A stretch of 64,000 nucleotides of DNA from Leucoraja ocellata. Lineage: Eukaryota. The stretch is from contig JAWMAR010000531.1 of assembly GCA_036785375.1 (NCBI GenBank), positions 1,116,001 through 1,180,000 of the forward strand. Direction: 5' to 3'. A program made the position numbers and the translations under genes. The notes below the pieces were generated by a model. That model was not told where the DNA came from and ran no database searches. It saw nothing but the letters and a program-made list of their open reading frames with translations. Positions 1 through 10,850 of this stretch are shown piece by piece (position 1 is the first letter of the stretch; every line of letters starts with the position of its first letter).

Positions 1-981
1 TAATGATCTGGATGAGGGAATTGAATGCAACATCTCCAAGTTTGCAGATGACACAAAGCTGGGGGGGGGGGGCAGTGTTAGCTGTGAGGAGGATACTAGG
101 AGGCTGCAAGGTGACTTGGGTAGGTTGGGTGAGTGCGCAAATGCATGGCAGATGCAGTATAATGTGGATAAATGTGAGGTTATCCACTTTGGTGGCAAAA
201 CCAGGAAAGTAGACTATTAACTGAATGGTGGCCGATTAGGAAAAGAGGAGATGCAACGAGACCTGGGTGTCATGGTACACCAGTCATTGAAAGTAGGCAT
301 GCAGGTGCAGCAGGCAGTGAAGAAAACAAATGGTATGTTAGCATTCATAGCAAAATAATTTGAGTATAACAGCAGGGAGATTCTATTGCAGTTGTACAGA
401 GTCTTGGTGAGACAACGCCTGGAGTATTGCGTACAGTTTTGGTCTCCTAATCTCAGCAAATACATTATTGCCATAGAGGGAGTACAGAGAAGGTTCACCA
501 GACTGATTCCTGTGATGGCAGGACTTTCAAATGAAGAAAGACTGGATAGACTCGGCTTGTACACGCTAGAATTTAGAAGATTGAGGGGGGATCTTATAGA
601 AACTTACAAAATTCTTAAGGGGTTGGACAGGCTAGATGCAGGAAGATTGTTCACGATGTTGGGGAAGTCCAGAACAAGGGGTCACAGTTTAAGGATAAGG
701 GGAAAATCTTTTAGGACCGAGATGAGAAATAAAATTCACACAGAGAGTGGTGAATCTGTGGAATTCTCTGCCACAGAAGGTAGTTGTGGCCAGTTCATTG
801 GGCATATGTAAGAGGGAGTTGGATGTGGCCCTTGTGGCTAAAGGTATCAGGGGGTATGGAGACAAGGCAGGTACAGGATATTGAGTTGGATGATCCGCCA
901 TGATCATATTGAATGGTGATGCAGGCTCGAAGGGCCGAATGGCCTACTCCTGCACCTATTTTCTATGTTTCTATGTTTCTA
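1..981 (+). mobile_element. CR1-clade LINE (HER1-like) 3' fragment, degenerate
   Basis: ORF2 C-terminus (LEYCVQFWSP, RRLRGDLIETYKI) with stops/frameshifts; ends in (TTTCTATG)n tail. Confidence 0.9.
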
Positions 982-1281
982 TCCTAAGAAATCATATGTA
1001 TAAATTCATTTGCCGGATAAACGACTCTAAAAATGTATTTAACGATGCCTTGTCAAATATAAGGTTTAGCACTACACGCTACGGAGACACTGGTATCGCT
1101 GGCTCGTTGTGGGACATTGATCTTTTCTATTCTGGATGTTAAATCATGTATTGTGTTTTTTTATATATAATTTATGATGTGTTTATGTGATATACTCAGA
1201 TTTTATATGTATTTTATGGTGCAATGTATTTTTATATAATGTTGTCGTTTGTCTGGACCTTGAGTCCGAAATAATGTGTAT
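982..1281 (+). mobile_element. RTE-X-like LINE 3' end
   Basis: Homologous to 29370-29690, ends GAGTCCGAAATAA. Confidence 0.6.
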
Positions 1282-2915
1282 TAACGATAGAGAAGATTAA
1301 CCAATATTCAGATAAGCAGAACTCTGTAAAGAACTATATTCTGGACTATAGTGACTTAATGTGGAACACAACTAAAGGGATGGTCGAATTCTTTGTGGCA
1401 TTAAAAAAAAACAATCAACAGAACAATGAATTGTATTAATAAAGGAATATGACTGTGTTGCTACATCAGAGATCAGATATGAATTTTTTTTTTAATATTG
1501 TAAGGAAACCGAAGCTGAGGTTGAGGGTATAAAACCTTACTTGCAACACGACAGTGGTAGTCCTTACAAATCAGAACCAGGCCCAATTCTGCCTACTCTC
1601 TGTTTCATGAAGCCAGCCTTCGCTTCACGATAGCATGTGACCTCTAGTACATGTATAATTTTCCTTCTTTGGAAATTGCACGTTAATCTTCAAAGTATTC
1701 CAATACATTAGACAAACGTTGCCTGCCAAGTTGCTTGAGCACTTCGGCACAAACGCATGTGATAGTTTTAATATTCAATAATATTCACGTTTCCAAATAT
1801 CCTACTATGACGCTTATTCTCGTCAAATTTGATCTAAAGCAGCCAAAGAAATACTACGTCGGCAAAATACCTCTAATATCATTTGTGATCACATGCCTGT
1901 GAAAGGAATGGACGTTGTGGATAAAAGAATATCTAGGAGTGCTTTCTGTGCCAGTGCCAGACCCACTGAGAATAAATGGCCAGGTAAGAGGATGAAGCAT
2001 CAGTGTGCTGATATTTTGAGGGTACAAAACCATTGCATTTTACCCGTAAAGAATGTATTGGAAGGAATAAGAATAGTCCCGAAATCAGGTTTCAGAATTG
2101 CAAGAAGGCCGATGTCAGTAACATTGTAAGAAGTACATTCTGGATCGGTATTCCTAGTGGGTTGGAGCTGTATTTTCGCCAAACGGACTGCATCAATTCT
2201 AGAGAAGGTGGTCCTTAACGATTACAGAGTCCACATCACATCCCTATATTGAATGTATTAAGGATCACAGTCTTCTGTCCGTTCATCTTTACCTGAAATT
2301 GCACTGCTACATAATCTCCGGGATAACCTACGGGAACAGATTGCTTCTCGACCAGGCTGCCCTGGTAACGCTGCCCCTCGCTGGACCATCACAATGTGTG
2401 TGGTTTTGCTCCAACCGAGCAATTTGGAAGCGCGCTTCGCATACAGGAAACATTCCACACAGAAGTGAATGCTTGTTAGTCATTAACCCCGTTATTCTTC
2501 AGCTGTGGCTTCTATGCAATGTACATCTTCCCTGCGTAAAACGATAAAACTATATTTAAATACGTAATCTTATTTATTTTAGAGAATATCTAGGTTGCTT
2601 TAATACTTCACTTCCATTAATTTGTTAATGTGATGAATGTCCACTCCATTGTCAAAGTGCTAGAGTAATTCAGCAGATAGGGCAGCATCTTTGGAGGACA
2701 TGGATATGTTATGTTTTTGGTGGGGACCCTGTTCCAGAGTCTAAAGAAGGTTCTCGATCCGAAATATCCTTACGAGACCATCTACTCCAGCATTGTGCGT
2801 TTTACTGAAGATCCCAGCATCTCACAGTCTCATCTCATTGAACGTCACAACCCCGTTCTGTTCAACATTTCATTACAAATGTTAATCTTTTGAGACTTTC
2901 AGTCTGCCTGTCTAC

Positions 2916-2918
<3 letters not shown>

Positions 2919-2946
<28 letters not shown>
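2919..2946. repeat. (TC)n microsatellite
   Basis: Directly visible. Confidence 0.85.
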
Positions 2947-4736
2947 GTTGTTCTTACCATAATGCTCGCACGTAGAGTTACACTATGGATCAAGCAGAAA
3001 TAATATTCTGCCAAACTCCAACAAGACGAGTAGAACATCTCTATTACCCTATAATCTCCTTTTGTTTCCAAAACCTAAAGTTCCATCAATACGCCAAATT
3101 TTCATCAACATTGATAGCAAGATGCGGATTAGTATGCACTGGTAAGCTTCTTGAATCACTGAAGTATTCTGGCGATAGGACCCAAATGCTGCAATTAGAA
3201 AGGGATTTCCAAGAAATGAGCCCCCAACAATCGCAAAGCATAGCAATGTATTTCGCACTCAACATCGCCTGTGACTTGTCTAGCAAGAGAGGTGCTCCTA
3301 TGCACACCCTTTGCTCTTATCCTGATTCGGCACGGAGGTGTTGTCCGTGAGTCCTAGGCATAATTGTAATGTATTTTACGTATTGCCAAGAGAGTCGTGG
3401 CAATATATTGTTACTTGGGAGAGGATGAATATTTGGAATGAGAAAAGTATCAAAGAGCGGATTACTTTCTTCTGGATGAACTTGATTGTTGTTTTACCTG
3501 CATGAGGAATTGTCCAATGTATCCAGTTTATGTAAAGCGTTAATGTGGAGAGATCAGAGGATAACTGAGCAAAGGCAACTACACTGCGTACTGAAACATA
3601 GTCTGATGTCATCATTTCAACTAAAATATTGTTAATGCCAGTTAAATGCTGCATAATCATGCCACGGTATCACAGGAATGATTCCGCTGTTCCAACAGAG
3701 ATAGCATTTCCGAAGTACCGAAGAGTAGAACAATTTCGGAAACAATGTTTGGGACATTGATGCCTTTGCTTGACCTGTGTGCATGTCATCGATTTGCGGA
3801 CTTTAATGAGATGCGAGTATTAACTGTCCAGACACATCAGCAGAACAGCCCGGTCTCCTTTGATTAATTACCAGCGAAATCGTTAGTCCAAATATCAACA
3901 TTTTGAAAATGTAGACTGTTTTTTGACTGTATTTTCTTGTTCATCGCCGTTAGCACTGATTCGCCCGGTGTTACTACCCTGCAGGGATAATCCACAAAGC
4001 GAAAGGAGCGCTGCCGCGACAACTAGCGCGATTGGGTTGCGATATAAAATCTGCGTACATTAGATCAGGTATAAGGCAACGCTGGTTGCATGTAAATATA
4101 ATTTCATATGTCAGATGAAGTTGGACAGAATTAATATCATAGCAACGCAAGCACTTGCAGACATCGAGGTCTTTCATATATAAAACTCGCCAGCAGCTAC
4201 TAACATGTCGATTAAATATGTTTCTCAATTTATTTTCTCAAATAAGTCAATTGCCCGTGCTAAGCCAGTGAACATGTGTGCTGCTAGCAAGCATGATTTC
4301 CAGAATTACAGCGGTGTTGACGGTGCATTGACACCCAAATCTGCAAATTCGTAACTAATTTTGAAGACAATTGTTTCTTCACATTGCGCTTTGAAAGATT
4401 TCCTACACACCGTCTTCACCAGAATATTTACCAGTTTCAAATAAAATGTGGGTGTGCAACTAAAAGGGTGAAGATACATGTCGCGTACAGTAGTGCGAGA
4501 CCATGAGATCGGATTCTTCAGCCCCTGTTGGAATGTATCCCTTCATTTTTCAAGAGTGAATGAGCAGTCGCCAGAAATTATGATGAGGTTATTCGATTAA
4601 TTTATTTGAAGGCGCATGCGGTGCAACTGCACAGCAAAAGATTCAGAATAAATGAAAAGGAATAATTCAACACCTCCTTACAAACGAAACAAAGTATCTT
4701 ATGTGATTGAGTCTATATTAAATCGGCCCGAGGTAC

Positions 4737-4973
4737 AAATGTACCGAGATAAATTGTACCGAGATATTCGACACCAAATCCTTATTTACCTTGGAAATAA
4801 TTTGACACAGGACGAATCTGGCAACTTCTGATTGGCGCAACACGCATTCTGATTTGACTGTTGAAGGATAGATAAGGAACTCGAGGTGACGCCTTGTCAC
4901 ACGGTTCATAAGCGACCTGGAGAGAAACACTGACGAGCCACTTCACATGGCGTTCTCCGCTCAATTCATTACA
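4737..4973 (+). promoter_or_regulatory. Putative IgL proximal promoter (equivalents upstream of 17951, 32312, 47679)
   Basis: Tandem AAAT(T)GTACCGAGAT repeat 4737-4765, inverted CCAAT (ATTGG 4831-4835), AGATAA/GGAA motif, GTGAC-N5-GTCAC containing a CRE half-site (4886-4900), TATA-like CATAAG 4907-4912. Function inferred from position. Confidence 0.5.
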
Positions 4974-5022
4974 ATGTCTCGCTGGATCTCTCTAGTCTAT
5001 GCGTTAGCATTTTCCGCAGCTT
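4974..5022 (+). CDS. Ig light chain cluster 1, leader exon (MSRWISLVYALAFSAA + phase-1 nt)
   Basis: ATG at 4974, hydrophobic signal peptide, donor T|GTGAGT at 5023; splices in frame to 5148. Confidence 0.9.
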
Positions 5023-5147
5023 GTGAGTATTTACTTCAACCGACATGATATTTAATCTCGAGTACGATTAAACCTTTCTATCTGTGACAATTTTGCTGTT
5101 TCTCTGATATTAGTTAATATTCTACTTTTTTCTGGTTTGTTTTCCAG

Positions 5148-5492
5148 ATATAAATGCGGAATTTGCACTAAATCAGCCGTCTTCAAAATCCACATCTCTG
5201 GGACAGAACGTGGAAATAGCCTGTACCCTGTCTGGCGGCAGTTTAAGTACTAGCACCGTTTACTGGTACCAGCAGATTCCAGCAACTGTTCCGCGGTTTC
5301 TGTTCTACACTTCGTCGGGCGGCAGCATTAATAGAGGCTCGGGAGTTTCTGACCGTTTCTCCGGATCAGTGTCAGGCAACACTATAACATTGACAATATC
5401 GAACGTGCAGTCGGGGGACGCTGCTGACTACTACTGTGCTGTGTGGAAAAGTGCTATAATCTTCGGCAAAGGAACGAGGCTGGGTATTGGCA
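5148..5492 (+). CDS. Ig light chain cluster 1, germline-joined VJ exon
   Basis: Acceptor TTTCCAG|AT. Encodes (Y)INA-EFALNQP...IAC...WYQQ...DAADYYC-AVWKSAII-FGKGTRLGIG, then donor A|GTAAGT. V and J (FGxG) are contiguous in frame with no RSS. Confidence 0.95.
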
Positions 5493-5521
5493 GTAAGTAA
5501 AATACCTTCTATCTTTGCGTA

Positions 5522-5997
5522 AACACAAAAAGCTGGAGTAACGCAGCGAGACAGGCAGCATCTCTGGAGAGAGGGAAAGGGTTGTAGGAAGGAACTGTAG
5601 ATGCTGATAGACACAAGCTGGACTGACAGCATCGCTGATGTTAGGCGGGCTGTTTGTATTTTTTACACAAAATATCTTCAAATAAAAGGTATTTAATGAT
5701 GATATTTTTTAAGTTCCCGGACACGATCGAGTCTATTTTGGCAAATGAGTTGACAACAGCAATGAAAGGACGAAATGGCTGTCCGGTTGTGTTATTATTC
5801 TTAACTACTTTGCGGACGGCGAGCTAATAATTAAGAATTAGACCGAGAGTAAGGGAACGGGAAATAACTTTGGAGGGACAAGGAACTGCAGATGCTGGTT
5901 TACAAAAAAAGACACAAAGCTCTGGGGTGACTCAGCGGGTAGGGCAGCGTCTCTGTGAACATGGATAGGTGACTTTCGGTTCGGGTCCCTTCTTCAA
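5522..5997 (-). mobile_element. Short Penelope-associated/SINE-like repeat fragments in the J-C intron (all four clusters)
   Basis: ACACAAAAGCTGGAGTAAC..GGCAGCATCTCTGGAG and AAGGAACTGCAGATGCTG motifs, reverse-complementary to 10575-10705. Confidence 0.6.
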
Positions 5998-6669
5998 ATC
6001 AGTTTTGTTCCGTATGACATCATATAACTCATTTTGCTGTTGTGCCATTAAGCGAAAGGAATAAGATTCGCTATTCAACCAGAATTCTGAGCTGAATTAT
6101 GACTTCAAAGAGAAGAGACTGATCGAGAAAAAACAAACATATCGGTTTCAGCATTAATGTAAATCATATCAACGACTATTTAAAATGCGAGAAAACGGTA
6201 AATTTAACGAGGCTGCAACTCTAGTCTGTTCATTGATGGTTAAAACGACAACATATTCTTGTCGCTAAAATCCAACCAATAGGAACATTTCGGTATCTGG
6301 TCTTAACAAATGAACAGATGAATTAAGGGAAGGTATTTAAACAAAACTAAAGTTTTAAGCGCGTTTAGTGGAACTTTGGCAGCAATGAAAACCCGCAACT
6401 GGCTGTCGGGTAAAACAGTTGGGTTTTTTTAATTGTAGCTGGGGTCAACGAAAATAATACTCTGGAGATCAATTAAAAACACTGCCGAAATAATATATTT
6501 TACGCTGCTGCGCATATTCTGTCCCATTGCCATAAATAGCAGTTATTGTTTGGAGATCTCACTTGGAACGAATGAATCCATGTTATACCAACTGGATTTT
6601 TAACAAAGATAATGTTTTAACCGAAGCAGTTCTGCCAGCCCTACTAATCTGTGACTTTATTTTAAATAG

Positions 6670-6992
6670 ATCCTCAGCCCCCCGCGGTGTCCGTGCTTGG
6701 ACCTTCAGCGCAAGAATTGACGGGAAAGGGAACGGCCACCCTGGTGTGTTTGGTGAACGGGTTTAATCCGGGCGCAGTGGAAATTGACTGGACCGTGGAC
6801 GGCAGTGCGAGGAGTGATGGCGTTGAGACCAGCCGGATCCAACAGGAGGCGGACAACACGTTCAGTGCGAGCAGTTACCTGACTCTGCCAGCCACAGTGT
6901 GGAACGCACACGATCTTTACTCCTGTGTGGTTAAACACGAGTCGCTGGCAAGCCCGCTGCAGGGAAACATCGCCAGGTCCAGCTGTCTGTAA
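6670..6992 (+). CDS. Ig light chain cluster 1, C exon (lambda family, cartilaginous-fish type II-like)
   Basis: Acceptor AAATAG|AT, phase 1. NPQPPAVSVLGPS...ATLVCLV...W...SSYLTL...YSCVVKH...RSSCL*: C1-set domain with penultimate interchain Cys. Confidence 0.95.
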
Positions 6993-7206
6993 AACCTCTA
7001 GATTCCAACTAATCAAATTGACAAATATTGTTGCTCCGTCTTTCATTTGTCAAAAATTGATATAAAAATATTCTCTATTATCGACTAGCATTTGCGGTAA
7101 CATTGTCCTTTGTCTCGCTGTTTGTAAACGTCATTCGATTGAAGCAACTCGTTGTGAATTGAAACTCCAATGTTATTCAATCTGTTAAATGCATTCCCAA
7201 ATATTC

Positions 7207-7212
7207 ATTAAA
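7207..7212 (+). promoter_or_regulatory. Polyadenylation signal ATTAAA of cluster 1 (also 20379, 34744, 50168)
   Basis: About 215 nt after the stop, followed ~25 nt later by GT-rich GGTTTGTTTTGT; present in all four copies. Confidence 0.65.
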
Positions 7213-7634
7213 AGACAGTGGTCTAAAGATTACATTCAGGTTTGTTTTGTTTACCCACGTGACTAACATACAAATACAGCTCGCGACTAAAATCAATAAT
7301 TCAATCTTAAGAGCAATACATGTGTTGGATTTTTATTTCTGATCAGAGAAAATCAAATGTATTTAATCAACCTTCATTATTTTACCTTATGGAAGAACCG
7401 GTGATAAATGTTGCCGAACGTTATGTTATAAACTGGTGTGATGATAAATTGGTTCATAGAGCCGCGCGCGCGCACACGCGCACACACGAACAAAATGGGG
7501 CGCTCATGTAGAAACGTATTCGAGGGCAGACAGTAATCGTTATATGTGACCTTGCTAATACTATTCACTTAGCAATTCCAACCTATTTCATCTGTGAATT
7601 AACTGGGTGGGGCTGGTGGTGAGTGAGATTAATA

Positions 7635-7827
7635 TGGAAACATAGAAACATAGAAAATAGGTGCAGGAGTAGGCTGTTCGGCCATTTGAGCATGCACCGC
7701 CATTCAATATGGTCATGGCTGATCATCCAACTCAGTGTCCCATAAGGCCTTCTCTCCGTACCCCCTGATCCCTTTAGCCACAAGGGCCACATCTAACTCC
7801 CTCTTAAATATAGCCAATCAACTGGCC
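7635..7827 (-). mobile_element. CR1 LINE 3' end fragment (equivalents near 20805, 35170, 50595)
   Basis: (CATAGAAA)n tail plus the reverse complement of the CR1 3' UTR. Confidence 0.85.
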
Positions 7828-8019
7828 TCATTGCCTGGCAGAATATGGTCTTTCTGCCTTTATATAGGGCGCTAGCACACATGGAGTATCACATATAGTT
7901 TTACTTTCCTCGCCTAATAGAGGTACTGAAGTTCTTGGTTGGTTCCTGCTGAGCTGATTAGCGGGATAAGTGCACGCTGCGTGGAACGACTGAGAAGCGT
8001 AGCCTACCTTCTCATCCAC

Positions 8020-8215
8020 TCCCTACACAGTGGGGGCAATTTTACAGAGGTCAATTAACCTAGAAACCCGCAATCTTTGGGATGTGGGAGGCATACCACG
8101 GCACCACATGGGAAACGTGTAAACTCCTCACAGACAGCATCCGAGCTCGGGATCGAACCCTGGTCTCTGGCGCTGTCGAGGCAGCTGCTCTACCAGGTGC
8201 GCCACTGTGCCGCCC
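8020..8215 (-). mobile_element. tRNA-derived SINE (HE1/V-SINE-like); also ~35550-35746, ~50980-51177, ~52440-52580
   Basis: Minus strand reads GGGCGGCACAGTGGCGCA..GGTAGAGC (A box) ...GGGTTCGATCC (B box). Confidence 0.7.
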
Positions 8216-8850
8216 CACAATATATAATATATCAGCCACTGTAATATCTAAATCTCGTAGTGGTCTTGGCAGGAAAGGTGCAGACGTAATTTCTCCTGAT
8301 TGATGAGTGCAAACTATAATTTGCAGTATCCACAAAGCGAAGAACATAGTGCAGCACAGCACACGAACAAGCCTTTCCGCACTACATGCCTCTGCCGAAA
8401 TGATGCCAAAACCAAATCTTATCTGCGGGCACGTGATCTGGATCCAGAAATCTTACAAATGCCACTGTTGCTTGTGCCGCCACCACCACCCTCGCCAACG
8501 CCTTCACAGTCCTCACCAACCTCTGTATATAAAATGTCCATGCGTCTCTCTCCTTAAAGCTATGTCATCTAGTCCTTGATATTTCCATTCTGGGGGGAAA
8601 TGGTAATCATTCTCTGCCCTATCTAGGACTCATAATTTTATATATTTCTAGCAGGTCTCCTCTCATCGTTAACGGTTACAGAGAAAACAACCCGATTCTG
8701 TCCAACCTGTGCTCGTAGTTAATATCCCTAATTCAGGTATCATGCTGGTAAACATCCTCTGCGCCTTTTCCAAGGCCTCCACTTCCATCTAGTATTGGGG
8801 CGAAGGACATGATGGCAGTACCCGAAATGCAGCCTAGCAGAAGTCCTTTA

Positions 8851-9084
8851 CCCCTGTCCTACTTAGGAAACCTGAACGGAAACCTCTGGAGACTTTGTAC
8901 CCCACCCAAGGTTTCCGTGCGGTTCCCGGAGGTTCCCTGAGGTTTTTGTCAGTCTGCCTACCCGCTTCCACTAGCTGCAACCTCCGGCAACCACCTGCAA
9001 CTTCTGGGAACCGCACGGAAACCTTGGGTAGGGCGCAAAGTCTCCGGAGGTTTCCGTTCAGGTTTCCTAAGTGGGACAGGGGCA
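8851..9084. mobile_element. Palindromic MITE (~234 bp, ~80-bp TIRs, PIF/Harbinger-like TWA flanks)
   Basis: CCCCTGTCC(T/C)ACTTAGGAAACCTGAACGGAAACC... is the reverse complement of ...GGTTTCCGTTCAGGTTTCCTAAGTGGGACAGGGG; flanked by TTA and TAA. Confidence 0.8.
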
Positions 9085-10077
9085 TAAAGTAGCATCATGA
9101 CGCCTGCCCTTATCCTGAATGCCCTGCTCAATGAAGCAAAACATAAAATATGCCTTCTCACCACTCTATATTTAAGTTGCCACTGAGGGAGATACAGACT
9201 TGGATCCCAAAATTCCTCTGTACATCAATAGTGTTGTTATTAATCAAAAGTAGATACAAAATGCTGGAGTAAGTCAGCGGGTCAGGCAGCGTCTCGTATA
9301 TTTCCCCTCACAATCGACCCCTCCCCCAACATTTCAGTGCTCTGGTTAATCAGCATCTATCATTTCATCTCTCATTTTTATACCTATCCTGCTGTTTACT
9401 TTGACAGCCTTCCTCACTGTCCGCAACCCAAACAATCTAGCTGTCATCTGTAAACGTATTAACTACTAGAGAAGGTGCAGAGATCTTTGTCATGGCTCCT
9501 GCAATCTCGTCTGTTGCGTCTCTCAATATGCTGTCCATTCATGCACACTGCCCCTCAAGACACCCAACACCTACTTCTTAATCACACAGTGCCCTTGCAT
9601 ATGAATATTCGCCACATTGATCTCACTCTCCTTCTTGTCCTTCTCCTTGGTTAAAAGACATACAACGCATCCATTTAATATCTCGCCTATATCCCTTGAC
9701 TCAAAGCACAAATTCCTCCCTTTATCCTCGAGTTACCATCTTTCTGGTTACCCTCTTGCATTTAAATCAGGTACATAAACCTTGCGAACTTCTTTAATCT
9801 AGCTCGACAAACCCGTTTCATGCCCCCTTTTGGCTCTTCTAATCGACCGCTTAAGTTATTTCCAACTCGATTTCATATTTCTGCCTGATTTCATCTTCAG
9901 ATAATGGGCTGGGTCATCAGGACTGAAAAGAAAAGTATTCTTGGCTGGATGCGATTATAATGGTTTGGATACTTTACTCCATATGCTTGCCGATACTCAA
10001 ACAGATTGACATCGAAAGAACTTTAAGCGATTCAAGGGAGTTGGGAAAAGGGCGGGACACTGGAGTTGTTTAAACGT

Positions 10078-10850
10078 TCAACTTCCTTTCCCATTCCCCC
10101 ACTGACCTTTCTGTCCTGGGCCTCCTCCACTGTCAGAGTGAGGCCCAGTGTAAAGTGGAGGAACAGCACCTGCTTGGGCAGATTACAACCAGGAAATCAA
10201 TGAATATTGATTTCTCTAACTTTTCAAGTAACCCTTGCATCACCGCTCTCCCTGGCCCTCCCCCATGCTAGTCATCGTACCAGTTTCACTGTCGTCCCGG
10301 TGAGTTTCATTGAATGCATGGTAGACAACAATGCTGGAGAAACTCCGCGGGTGAGGGAGCGTCGATGGAGCGAAGGAATGGGTGACTATTCAGGTCGAGA
10401 CCCTTCTTCAGACAAAGAAATTGAATGCATAACTCGTTATCACCTTGCCCACCGCGAACAATGCAGCTCCACCTTTCCTTGATCATCGTTACTTTTTTTT
10501 GCATATCTTTCATTCATTTGTTCTATATGCACCTCTGTATCACCGTCTATATCTCTCGTTTCACTTTACCTGGCTCAGTCTGAGGAATGGTCTCGACCCG
10601 AAGTGTGACCTATTCCTTTTCTCCGGAGATGCTGCCTGACCTGCTGAGTTACTCCGGCCTTTTGTGTCTATCTTAGGTTTAAAGCAGCATCTGCAGTTCC
10701 TCCCAACACAAACATTGAACCACTGTGGTCGAGTTTTACTAGGGGGAGTCTTGACTCTTGACTGGGGTGTGAGCTGCCAAGCGAAATATGAGGTGCTGTT
10801 CCTCCAATTTGCGCTGGGCCTCACTCTGACAATGGATGAGGCCCAGGCCC
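10078..10850. mobile_element. Penelope-like element 3' fragments (+ 10078-10705; inverted copy ~10760-10850); equivalents near 22700 and 38435
   Basis: Degenerate DLSVLGLLHCQSEA..KVEEQHL..LG GIY-YIG C-terminal-like coding, followed by a terminal repeat with GGGTCTCGACCCGAA. Confidence 0.6.

Noticed and set aside
5432-5438. TACTGTG cryptic heptamer at the YYC codons as evidence of V replacement
   Set aside because: Expected from Tyr-Cys codons in many V genes; no unjoined donor V with an RSS is present in the window.
5210-5500. ORF-track starts at GTG for the V and C ORFs
   Set aside because: These are internal Val codons of spliced exons; true boundaries follow AG/GT sites.
6893-6899. CACAGTG heptamer in the C exon as an RSS
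   Set aside because: No nonamer at 12 or 23 nt; it lies within coding sequence (ATV codons).
4974-6992. Processed retrocopy of a rearranged IgL mRNA
   Set aside because: Leader and J-C introns are present, with no polyA tail or TSD.
8834-9164. Similar ORFs on both strands
   Set aside because: Artefact of the palindromic MITE.
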